A stretch of DNA of 33,401 bases. Origin: Bacillales bacterium UBA1245 (lineage in GTDB: Bacteria > Bacillota_I > Bacilli_A > ML615J-28 > CAG-313). Location of the stretch: NCBI GenBank assembly GCA_002308275.1, contig DBWF01000006.1, positions 1 through 33,401 on the forward strand. Direction: 5' to 3'. The position numbers were made by a program, and so were the translations under genes. The notes below the pieces were generated by a model. It was not told the DNA's origin. It searched no databases and saw only the letters and a list, made by a program, of their open reading frames with translations. Below, one piece after another: positions 23,657 through 31,325 of the stretch. Positions within the stretch are counted from its first letter, which is position 1. Each line of letters begins with the position of its first letter.

Positions 23657-24859
23657 ATGACAATTTTAGAACGTTTTATTAAATATGTAAAGATTGATAC
23701 ACAAGCGGTAGAAGATAGTTCTACTTTTCCAAGTTCACTAAAACAATTAAAGTTAGCTGATTTATTAGTTGAAGAATTACATAGTCTTGGTATTAGTAAT
23801 GCTTTTAGAGATGAATATGGTTATGTTTATGCTAAGATTGAAGGAAGTAAACCTCAAACAGTTGGCTTAATTGCACATATGGATACAGCTCTTGAAATGC
23901 CTGATGAAAATGTTAATCCGCAAGTTATTGAATCATATGACGGGAAAGACATCATTTTAAAAAATGGTCTTGCAATTAAAGTATCAGAATTTCCATTCTT
24001 AGCTGAATTAGTAGGTAAAAAGTTAGTTACTACTGATGGTAATACACTACTTGGTGCTGATGATAAAGCTGGTATTGCCATTATTATGCAGCTATTAGAA
24101 GTATTACCTCAAATTAAAGAACCCCTTCCAAGTCTATTTATCTGTTTTACACCGGATGAAGAAATTGGTGATGGAACTAAGTATTTCAATTATGACTTAT
24201 TTAAAGTCGACTTTGCTTATACACTAGACGGTGCTGATATTAAATACATCAATTATGAAAACTTTAATGCGGCATCAGCTCACATCACAATTAATGGCAA
24301 AAGCATTCACCCAGGTGAAGCTAAAGATAAACTCATCAATAGTATGGAAGTCGCTCATGAATTCCATAGCATGTTACCACATGAAGCTAAACCTGAATAC
24401 ACTAGTTGGTATGAAGGCTTTAATCATATGACTGGTATTAGTGGCTGTGTTCAACAAACAACCATGTCTTATATCATTCGTAACCATGATTTAAAACTTT
24501 TTAATGAACAAAAAGAATTATTTAAATCAATTGCTAGTAAATTAAATGAAAAATATGGTGAAGGTACAGTTGTTCTAGATTTACAAGACAGCTATATGAA
24601 TATGGCTGAACTCATTAAGCCACACTTTGAAATTGTCCAATACGCAATTGATGCTCTAGCACTGCATGGTATCAAAGCCGAAATCGTGCCAATTAGAGGT
24701 GGAACTGATGGTGCAAGACTTTCATATGGAGGTATTCTAACACCAAACCTTGGTACCGCAAGCTATAATCACCATGGAGCTATGGAAATAGCCAACATTA
24801 CCCAAATGGAACAAATGGTTGAAGTATTAATCACTATGCTTACTAAGGTTATAAAATAA
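23657..24859 (+). CDS. pepT: Peptidase T (tripeptide aminopeptidase, M20B)
   Basis: The ERFIKYVKIDTQ start, GLIAHMDT, GADDKAG and the C-terminal GGTDGA pattern are characteristic of PepT. RBS AAAGGAG. 400 aa. Confidence 0.92.
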   Translation: MTILERFIKYVKIDTQAVEDSSTFPSSLKQLKLADLLVEELHSLGISNAFRDEYGYVYAKIEGSKPQTVGLIAHMDTALEMPDENVNPQVIESYDGKDIILKNGLAIKVSEFPFLAELVGKKLVTTDGNTLLGADDKAGIAIIMQLLEVLPQIKEPLPSLFICFTPDEEIGDGTKYFNYDLFKVDFAYTLDGADIKYINYENFNAASAHITINGKSIHPGEAKDKLINSMEVAHEFHSMLPHEAKPEYTSWYEGFNHMTGISGCVQQTTMSYIIRNHDLKLFNEQKELFKSIASKLNEKYGEGTVVLDLQDSYMNMAELIKPHFEIVQYAIDALALHGIKAEIVPIRGGTDGARLSYGGILTPNLGTASYNHHGAMEIANITQMEQMVEVLITMLTKVIK

Positions 24860-24867
24860 ATATAAAC

Positions 24868-24903
24868 AAATGGAAAGGCTACATAAACCTTTCCATTTTT
24901 TTA
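24868..24903. terminator. Bidirectional terminator between pepT and pdp
   Basis: Stem AAATGGAAAGG (24868-24878) / CCTTTCCATTT (24888-24898), followed by a T-run. Confidence 0.8.
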
Positions 24904-24906
24904 TTC

Positions 24907-26217
24907 TTATCTGATTGTTTCAAAAACAACTTGTGGCATCGGTACTTTCTCATTAGTTAAAACATAAGCATCTAATACCATTTGCATTGCTTCTTCAGTG
25001 TTTTTGCCATTGCTATAAATAGTAGCAATTACATCACCTGGCTTAATAATGTCGCCAATCTTCTTATGAACAACAATACCAACTGTATGATCAATTGCAT
25101 CTTCTTTCTTATTACGGCCAGCACCAAGTAAAACCGAAGCTTGACCGATAAGCATCGCATCAAGTGACTCTACGTAAACTGGTTGTTCTTCTTCAAAAGT
25201 TAATTCAACTTCTTCTTCAGCTTCACCAAATAAGCTGTAATCATTGATAACCTCGCCATTTCCACCTTGGGCTATAATCATTTGTTGTAGTTTTTGTAGA
25301 CCAGCGCCACTATCAATTGAAGATTTCGCCATTTGAAGAGCTTCATCTTCCGTTTTAGCCAGTTTGGCAATTAATAAAATCTCCGCTGCTAAAATAATAC
25401 AAAGTTCTGTAAAGTCTTTTGGACCATTACCTTTTAAAGTTTCAATCGCTTCAATGACTTCTAGACTATTACCAACAGCACAACCTAGAGGTTGCTCCAT
25501 ATTAGTAAGGGTTGCGGTAGTATCACGACCAACACCTTTACCAATTTCAACCATCGCATGAGCTAAGCTCCTAGCTGATTCGATATTTTTCATAAAGGCA
25601 CCGCTACCAACTTTTACATCTAAGACAATATGATCAGCACCACTAGCTAACTTCTTAGACATAATTGATGAAGCAATGAGTCCTTCAACCTCAATTGTAC
25701 CAGTAACATCTCTTAGGGCATACATCTTCTTATCAGCAGGCACAATATTAGCACTTTGACTGATAATGGCTAGGCCAATATCATTAACTTTTTCAAAGAA
25801 TTCTTCTGGTGTAAGTTCAATTCTCATGCCTGGAATTGATTCTAACTTATCTAGAGTACCACCTGTTTGGCCAAGTCCACGTCCACTCATTTTAGCAAAC
25901 TTAATACCAAATGATGCTACCATTGGTCCAACAACAAGACTCGTTTTATCACCAACGCCGCCCGTCGAATGCTTATCAACCTTAACACCTTTAATAGGTG
26001 ATAAATCAACTTGATCACCACTATTAAGCATCGCAAAAGTAAAATTAATGGTTTCTTCTTTGGTTAGTTTTGTAAAATATGCAGCCATACAAAAGGCAGC
26101 CATTTGATAATCAGGAATTGATCCATCAACATAACCATTAACAAGAAACTCTATTTCTTCTTTGGTTAATGCACCACCGTTACGTTTTTTAAGAATTAAA
26201 TCGGTTACGCGAAACAT
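24907..26217 (-). CDS. pdp: Pyrimidine-nucleoside phosphorylase
   Basis: Motifs ILKKRNGGALTKEEIEFLV and DKHSTGGVGDKTSL, plus the C-terminal alpha/beta domain. Start set at ATG 26217..26215, 6 nt after GAAGG. The track start at 26223 is a TTG. Confidence 0.92.
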   Translation of the reverse strand: MFRVTDLILKKRNGGALTKEEIEFLVNGYVDGSIPDYQMAAFCMAAYFTKLTKEETINFTFAMLNSGDQVDLSPIKGVKVDKHSTGGVGDKTSLVVGPMVASFGIKFAKMSGRGLGQTGGTLDKLESIPGMRIELTPEEFFEKVNDIGLAIISQSANIVPADKKMYALRDVTGTIEVEGLIASSIMSKKLASGADHIVLDVKVGSGAFMKNIESARSLAHAMVEIGKGVGRDTTATLTNMEQPLGCAVGNSLEVIEAIETLKGNGPKDFTELCIILAAEILLIAKLAKTEDEALQMAKSSIDSGAGLQKLQQMIIAQGGNGEVINDYSLFGEAEEEVELTFEEEQPVYVESLDAMLIGQASVLLGAGRNKKEDAIDHTVGIVVHKKIGDIIKPGDVIATIYSNGKNTEEAMQMVLDAYVLTNEKVPMPQVVFETIR

Positions 26218-26281
26218 AAACAACCTTCTTTCTTGTGAAAATTTTATCTTTTTGATATAATAATAAGTAATAGGAGTTATT

Positions 26282-26866
26282 ATGAAAACATACTTATATT
26301 TTGTGCGTCATGGCGAAACAGTTGGCAACAAAGCCCGAATCTTCCAAGGTCAATCAGATACGCCACTTAATGATGTAGGACGTGATCAAATCTTAGAAAC
26401 TTGTAAAGAAATGGTAAAACTTCATATTCAATATGATATTATCTATAGTAGTCCGCTTTCTAGAGCAGTTGAATCAGCTGAAATCATTCAAAGCTTTTTC
26501 CCAAGTAGTAAGCAAATCAATATTGAACCACTTGCTATTGAACGTTGCTTTGGGGCTGCCGAAGGTATTACCATTAACGCTAATAATTATAGTCGAATTA
26601 TGAGAAATGAATTTGAAGGTGAAGAATCCGAACTCGAGATTACTGATCGAGCGCAAAAGCTCATCAAGCGAATCTTAAATGATCACCAAGGCAAACGCAT
26701 TCTCATTGTTTCCCATTCCCATTTTATTAAAGCATGTCTAATTACTTATCTAAAAAGTATTCGTTTTGATACCAAAACCACCAATGGTGGAATCAGTTTA
26801 CTCGTTTTTAATGAATTTAATCATTGCATTAAAGCCGAAATTGACATTAATAAGAAAGACCTATAA
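26282..26866 (+). CDS. Histidine phosphatase (phosphoglycerate mutase-like) family protein
   Basis: The RHG motif (YFVRHGETVGN) and second catalytic His region (LIVSHSHFIK). 194 aa. Confidence 0.82.
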   Translation: MKTYLYFVRHGETVGNKARIFQGQSDTPLNDVGRDQILETCKEMVKLHIQYDIIYSSPLSRAVESAEIIQSFFPSSKQINIEPLAIERCFGAAEGITINANNYSRIMRNEFEGEESELEITDRAQKLIKRILNDHQGKRILIVSHSHFIKACLITYLKSIRFDTKTTNGGISLLVFNEFNHCIKAEIDINKKDL

Positions 26867-26878
26867 GGTCTTTTTTTT
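26855..26878. terminator. Shared hairpin at the convergent, 6-nt-overlapping ends of the histidine phosphatase gene and folA
   Basis: Stem AAAGACCT (26855-26862) / AGGTCTTT (26866-26873), followed by a T-run. It includes both stop codons. Confidence 0.6.
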
Positions 26879-27322
26879 ATAAACACAGAAATTTAAATCC
26901 CCTGAAACTTCTGAGCTAATTAAATCATAGTTTTCATATGGGATTTCAGGGAAAAAGACATCCCCATCATATTCCTTATTAATATGGGTAATATAAAGAT
27001 ATTCAGCATGTGGTAACATCATTTCATAAATCATTTTACCACCGATAACAAAAATATCTTCATCAGGTAATTCTTTTAAATCATGAATTGGAATAGCCCC
27101 ACCTGGGAGTGTTTCTTCATAAGTTAAAACATAGTTTTTACGGTTAGGAAGTGGTTTACCAAGACGTCCAAAAATTGATAGGAAAGTGTTATAGCCCATA
27201 AAAACCGACTTTCCCATTGTTACTTTCTTAAAATACTTAAGGTCTTCTGAGTAATGCCAAGGTAGGTCATTACCTTTACCAATCAAGTTATGAGGTCCAA
27301 TAGCTACAATAATTGCTAACAT
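26861..27322 (-). CDS. folA: Dihydrofolate reductase
   Basis: The IVAIGPHNLIGKGNDLPW start and VIGGKMIYE motif. 153 aa. Its ATG overlaps the thyA stop (TAATG). Confidence 0.9.
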   Translation of the reverse strand: MLAIIVAIGPHNLIGKGNDLPWHYSEDLKYFKKVTMGKSVFMGYNTFLSIFGRLGKPLPNRKNYVLTYEETLPGGAIPIHDLKELPDEDIFVIGGKMIYEMMLPHAEYLYITHINKEYDGDVFFPEIPYENYDLISSEVSGDLNFCVYKKKTL

Positions 27323-28206
27323 TATACCGCAACCTCCCCTTTAATACTCTTATGTGGATGATAATTTACTAATTCAAAATCTTCAAATTTAAAATCTTCG
27401 ATATTCTTTTGATCACCATGAATAATCATTTGTGGTAATTCACGAGTATCACGTGATAATTGTAGTTTAATTTGATCTAAGTGGTTAGTGTAAATATGAG
27501 CATCACCAATTGTATGCACAAAGTCTCCTACACCTAGGCCACATACTTTAGCAACCATCATGGTTAGTAGTGAGTAAGAAGCAATATTAAATGGAACACC
27601 TAGAAAAACATCACCACTTCTTTGATATAATTGACAAGATAGTTTGCCATCATTAACATAGAATTGGAATAATGAATGACATGGTGGTAAAGCCATTGAA
27701 TCAACTTCTAATGGATTCCAACTACAAACAATTAAACGCCGTGAATTAGGATTATTTTTGATTTGATCAATGACGTTTGCTAATTGGTCAACAAACTTTG
27801 GACTACCTTCCACATCAAAATGACGCCATTGATGACCATAGACAGGACCTAAGTTACCAAACTTTTTAGCAAAGTCTTCATCATCTTTAATTTTTTGCAC
27901 AAATTCTTCTAAGGTTTCCCCCTGATAATCGCAAGACTTAGTATATGCTTGATAAGGCCATTCATTCCAAATCTTAACATCATTATCAACTAAATACTTA
28001 ATATTGGTATCCCCTTTGATAAACCATAATAATTCATGAATGATAGCTCTTAAATATACTCTCTTTGTTGTAAGAAGCGGAAAACCATCATTTAGATTAA
28101 AACGCATTTGATAACCAAAATAAGAAATCGTACCAGTACCAGTGCGATCCCCTTTAAAAGTTCCTTCTGCTAGAATCTTTTCACATAATGCTAAATATTG
28201 TTTCAT
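27322..28206 (-). CDS. thyA: Thymidylate synthase (ThyA type)
   Basis: [26 protein letters not shown] and the active-site [11 protein letters not shown]. 294 aa. Confidence 0.95.
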   Translation of the reverse strand: MKQYLALCEKILAEGTFKGDRTGTGTISYFGYQMRFNLNDGFPLLTTKRVYLRAIIHELLWFIKGDTNIKYLVDNDVKIWNEWPYQAYTKSCDYQGETLEEFVQKIKDDEDFAKKFGNLGPVYGHQWRHFDVEGSPKFVDQLANVIDQIKNNPNSRRLIVCSWNPLEVDSMALPPCHSLFQFYVNDGKLSCQLYQRSGDVFLGVPFNIASYSLLTMMVAKVCGLGVGDFVHTIGDAHIYTNHLDQIKLQLSRDTRELPQMIIHGDQKNIEDFKFEDFELVNYHPHKSIKGEVAV

Positions 28207-28264
28207 AATTAATACCTCTTGTTAACTATTATACCATATAAAGAGGTTAAATGGTTTATAAATA

Positions 28265-28300
28265 GAAAAAAAGCTTTCAAAGAATTATCCTTTGAAAGCT
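28265..28300 (-). terminator. Rho-independent terminator after the ssb-like gene
   Basis: On the minus strand, 11-bp stem AGCTTTCAAAG / CTTTGAAAGCT followed by T7. Confidence 0.8.
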
Positions 28301-28305
28301 CACTT

Positions 28306-28644
28306 TTATAATTTAATAAAAACAACATTTTCAGCATAAATTTCAAGTGTTCTAATTTTCTTAGAGAGATTCTCATCCTCCTTTTTCAATAAAACATTTT
28401 CTTCTTTTTGGATTACAATTCCGGTAATACTGATGATTGAGCCTTTATTACAGTAGGCATTAGCATTCACAGCTACCCCATTCCAAACGGTAATGGGAAT
28501 AAAGTCAGTGTCATAGTTGCCTTCTGCATTCTTATAAGGTCTATTTACCGCAAGTGTAAAATGACCAACCGTTTGACCATTTTCTAGTTTACTAATCGTC
28601 GGTTTATCAGTTGTTCGTCCAATTAAGAAAACATGATTATACAT
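28306..28644 (-). CDS. ssb: Short single-stranded DNA-binding protein paralogue (OB fold only, no acidic C-terminal tail)
   Basis: MYNHVFLIGRTTDKPTISKLENGQTVGHFTLAVNRPYKN...DFIPITVWNGVA matches the SSB OB-fold N-terminus. The 112-aa protein ends ...NVVFIKL, with no Gly/Pro-rich linker or DDDLPF-type tip. Confidence 0.78.
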   Translation of the reverse strand: MYNHVFLIGRTTDKPTISKLENGQTVGHFTLAVNRPYKNAEGNYDTDFIPITVWNGVAVNANAYCNKGSIISITGIVIQKEENVLLKKEDENLSKKIRTLEIYAENVVFIKL

Positions 28645-28685
28645 TTAACTCCTCCTTTTATTATTTATTAATAGGTTGCATCAAC

Positions 28686-28714
28686 ATTATATAATATAAA
28701 GAAGGAACTAACAA
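28686..28714 (-). promoter_or_regulatory. Putative sigma-A promoter of the ssb-like gene
   Basis: On the minus strand, TTGTTA (28714..28709), 17-nt spacer, TATAAT (28691..28686), about 40 nt upstream of the ATG. RBS AAAGGAGGAG. Confidence 0.5.
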
Positions 28715-29013
28715 ATGTCCAATTATGGTACTTATCGATGATCTAATATTTTCTCAAGCAATAATTATCAATAATTAGTTCTAAAAGCTTACTACTACCT
28801 GCATTTTAAGATAATTATTAATAATAGAACATTTATTTTTTATTTTTAATCCTTATCCCCAATTTAGATTGTACTTTGATAGAACTTGATTATCATCTTT
28901 TCCTATTTATAAATATTAAAAGATCATTAAGTTAGAATTAAATAGGACTTTTTATTAAAACTCATTTAAAAAACATTTATTCAAGTTATTTTGGGATAAA
29001 ACAACTTATCAAC

Positions 29014-29044
29014 AATAAAAAATGCTTCTATAAATAGAAGCATT
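29014..29044 (-). terminator. Rho-independent terminator after deoD
   Basis: Stem AATGCTTCTA (29021-29030) / TAGAAGCATT (29035-29044), overlapping the deoD stop. A T-run follows on the minus strand. Confidence 0.75.
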
Positions 29045-29771
29045 AGTTATCTTTATTTAAGATGAGAAGGGTTTCAAGGCCTAATGATGCCATTTGACGG
29101 AAACTATTTTGACGTTGTTCTGAAGTAGTTTCATTCATTTTAACTAGTGAATCAGAAATAGTCAAAATACAAGCAGCCTTTTTACCAGTGACATTAGCAT
29201 TATGGAATAGAGCAAATGCTTCCATTTCAACAGCTTCACAGCCTTTTTCTTTAAGCATGTAATCGCGACAGTTTTCTTTACGATAGAAAACATCTGATGA
29301 GTGAACATCACATTCATAAATTGGAATACCAGTAACTTTTGATGCTTTACGAATAGCATCATTAATTTCAGGGTTACCAGGTAAGCGATCACGAGTTTCG
29401 CCGCCTTGAGCAAGGGCATAGGTTGATTCAGAGTAAGCATTCTTAACTAACAAAACATCAAACAAGTTTAGTTTATCAGTATATGAACCAGCTGAACCAA
29501 TTCTAATAATAACATCAACATCATAATTTGTAAATAATTCATATGAATAAATACCAATACTAGGCATACCCATACCACTACCCATAATCGAAACTTTCAT
29601 TCCTTTATAGTAGCCAGTAAAGCCAAACATTCCACGCACGAAATTAAAGCATACTGGATTTTCTAAATACGTTTCCGCAATAAACTTAGCGCGGTAAGGA
29701 TCCCCTGGCATTAAAACCATTTTAGCGATAACGCCTTCTTGATCGACTTGAATATGAGGTGTTGGTTTCAT
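29043..29771 (-). CDS. deoD: Purine nucleoside phosphorylase, DeoD type
   Basis: TPHIQ...VLMPGDPYRAKFIAETYLE, GMGMPSIGIYSYEL and VEMEAFALF are typical of hexameric PNP. Its ATG overlaps the deoC stop (TAATG). Confidence 0.92.
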   Translation of the reverse strand: MKPTPHIQVDQEGVIAKMVLMPGDPYRAKFIAETYLENPVCFNFVRGMFGFTGYYKGMKVSIMGSGMGMPSIGIYSYELFTNYDVDVIIRIGSAGSYTDKLNLFDVLLVKNAYSESTYALAQGGETRDRLPGNPEINDAIRKASKVTGIPIYECDVHSSDVFYRKENCRDYMLKEKGCEAVEMEAFALFHNANVTGKKAACILTISDSLVKMNETTSEQRQNSFRQMASLGLETLLILNKDN

Positions 29772-30442
29772 TATGCTTCTTCTCCTTGTTGCTTTAGGTA
29801 GTCTTCCACAATTTGCACACCGCTTGAAGTACCAATTCTAGTAGCTCCCGCTTTAATCATGGCTTGGGCTTGTTCTAAAGTCTTAATGCCACCACTCGCT
29901 TTAACTTCCATATTAGGTGCAACATTAGCTTTCATTGTCACAATATCCATAACTAAAGCACCACCAGTACCAAAGCCAGTTGATGTTTTTACGAAATTAG
30001 CTTTTGCACGGGTTGCGGCTAAGGTACAAGCCACTTTTTCATCTTCTGATAAATAACAAGTTTCAATAATTACTTTAACTGTATGACCACCTGAAGCACC
30101 CACAACATGGCGAATTTCATCTTCAATATAACGATAATCATGTTCTTTGGCTTTACCAATATTAATGACCATGTCGATTTCATCAGCACCATTCTTAATT
30201 GCATCAATCGTTTCTAGCATCTTGATTTCTTTAGTGTTAGCTCCTAGTGGAAAACCAATAACGGTACATACTAAGACATCGCTATTTGCTAGTAACTTTT
30301 TAGCAAGGGCAACGTTAGCAGGGTTTACACAAACACTCTTAAAATCATATTGACGTGCTTCAGCACATAGTTTTTCAATATCAGCTTCAGTTGCGAAAGC
30401 TTTTAAGAGGGTATGATCAATCATTTTATTAATCTTTAACAT
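29771..30442 (-). CDS. deoC: Deoxyribose-phosphate aldolase
   Basis: Motifs IDHTLLK, VCVNP, the Schiff-base region FVKTSTGF, and VKASGGI. Confidence 0.92.
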   Translation of the reverse strand: MLKINKMIDHTLLKAFATEADIEKLCAEARQYDFKSVCVNPANVALAKKLLANSDVLVCTVIGFPLGANTKEIKMLETIDAIKNGADEIDMVINIGKAKEHDYRYIEDEIRHVVGASGGHTVKVIIETCYLSEDEKVACTLAATRAKANFVKTSTGFGTGGALVMDIVTMKANVAPNMEVKASGGIKTLEQAQAMIKAGATRIGTSSGVQIVEDYLKQQGEEA

Positions 30443-30453
30443 CTTCTTATCTC

Positions 30454-31314
30454 CTATAATTCAATAATATCAGTAATAGCAATATTGACAAAATGAATAT
30501 CGCGAATCGCTTTTCTTCTTAAGGCACCCAGTTTACTAGTAACACGTTTTAATCCTTTTTTAACAAGAATTAAAAGCGATGCACCAGGAATTAAGTTCTT
30601 CATTTCATACATATGACGTAAAGCAATTTTATAGAATGCTGATGCTTCAACGTAGAAATAATCATTGACATCGATTACTCGAATATAATCAATATGTGGT
30701 GGGAAAACCATTGGCGTGCCAACTTCCCATTCAAGAATTAGTTTTGCAGAGATATTACCATGAATAGCACATAGTTTATAATTACTAATCTTAACTTCTT
30801 CTTTAATCTTATCAGCTAAGAAAGGAATTACTTGATTATAATTACACATATGCGAAATTGTTTCACGAGGTAATGTATAAACTTCCGCTTCTTCATGGTC
30901 AGCTAAATAATCACTACGAATCCGTTCAATATAGTTCATCATCTTGATCATGTCGAATTCTTCGGCATCTTCAGCACCTTCAACATAACATACAAGATCA
31001 AACTTTTTACATAATTCATCAACAGTCATCAAAATACTGCGTGATACTTGTTCAGGTAGAACTGGTGGAATTTCAACTAAGAATCTTAAGTTTAGGTATT
31101 CCGCACTGATTTCCGCAATATTAGATACTCTTGAACGTTTAGTTATATAGTAATAGTAAGTTAGATCATATGATGGATCATAGCATGCTATTTGCATTTC
31201 TTCTTCCGTATTAACAATTTCACAATGCGGATTTTCTTGGAAATACATAACGATATCCACATAATCTAACCGTGGTAAATGGCGACTACGGAAAAAATTA
31301 ATGACAGCAGCCAT
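30454..31314 (-). CDS. Hypothetical cytoplasmic protein (286 aa), no motif recognised
   Basis: Long ORF with the strong RBS AGGAGGTGG. It starts 11 nt after the ileS stop and ends 11 nt before the deoC start (RBS AGGAG). It is acidic, with no TM segment, Cys cluster or nucleotide-binding motif that I can see. Confidence 0.7.
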   Translation of the reverse strand: MAAVINFFRSRHLPRLDYVDIVMYFQENPHCEIVNTEEEMQIACYDPSYDLTYYYYITKRSRVSNIAEISAEYLNLRFLVEIPPVLPEQVSRSILMTVDELCKKFDLVCYVEGAEDAEEFDMIKMMNYIERIRSDYLADHEEAEVYTLPRETISHMCNYNQVIPFLADKIKEEVKISNYKLCAIHGNISAKLILEWEVGTPMVFPPHIDYIRVIDVNDYFYVEASAFYKIALRHMYEMKNLIPGASLLILVKKGLKRVTSKLGALRRKAIRDIHFVNIAITDIIEL

Positions 31315-31325
31315 AAGACCACCTC

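Noticed and set aside
5445-26223. Longer N-terminal extensions given in the ORF track for the small membrane protein (to 5537), dinB (to 10690), xseB (to 14670), xseA (to 16015), nusB (to 16427), trmL (to 18537) and pdp (TTG at 26223), and the GTG starts of manA (4241) and the orphan ORF (22192).
   Set aside because: The extensions overlap upstream genes or contain the Shine-Dalgarno sequence of an internal ATG. The internal ATGs give N-termini that match the expected family starts.
28720-29010. Search for a small gene, riboswitch or repeat in the long AT-rich spacer between deoD and the ssb-like gene.
   Set aside because: No ORF with an RBS, no convincing stem-loops beyond the deoD terminator and no repeats were seen. 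It is left unannotated and mentioned only under the SSB finding.
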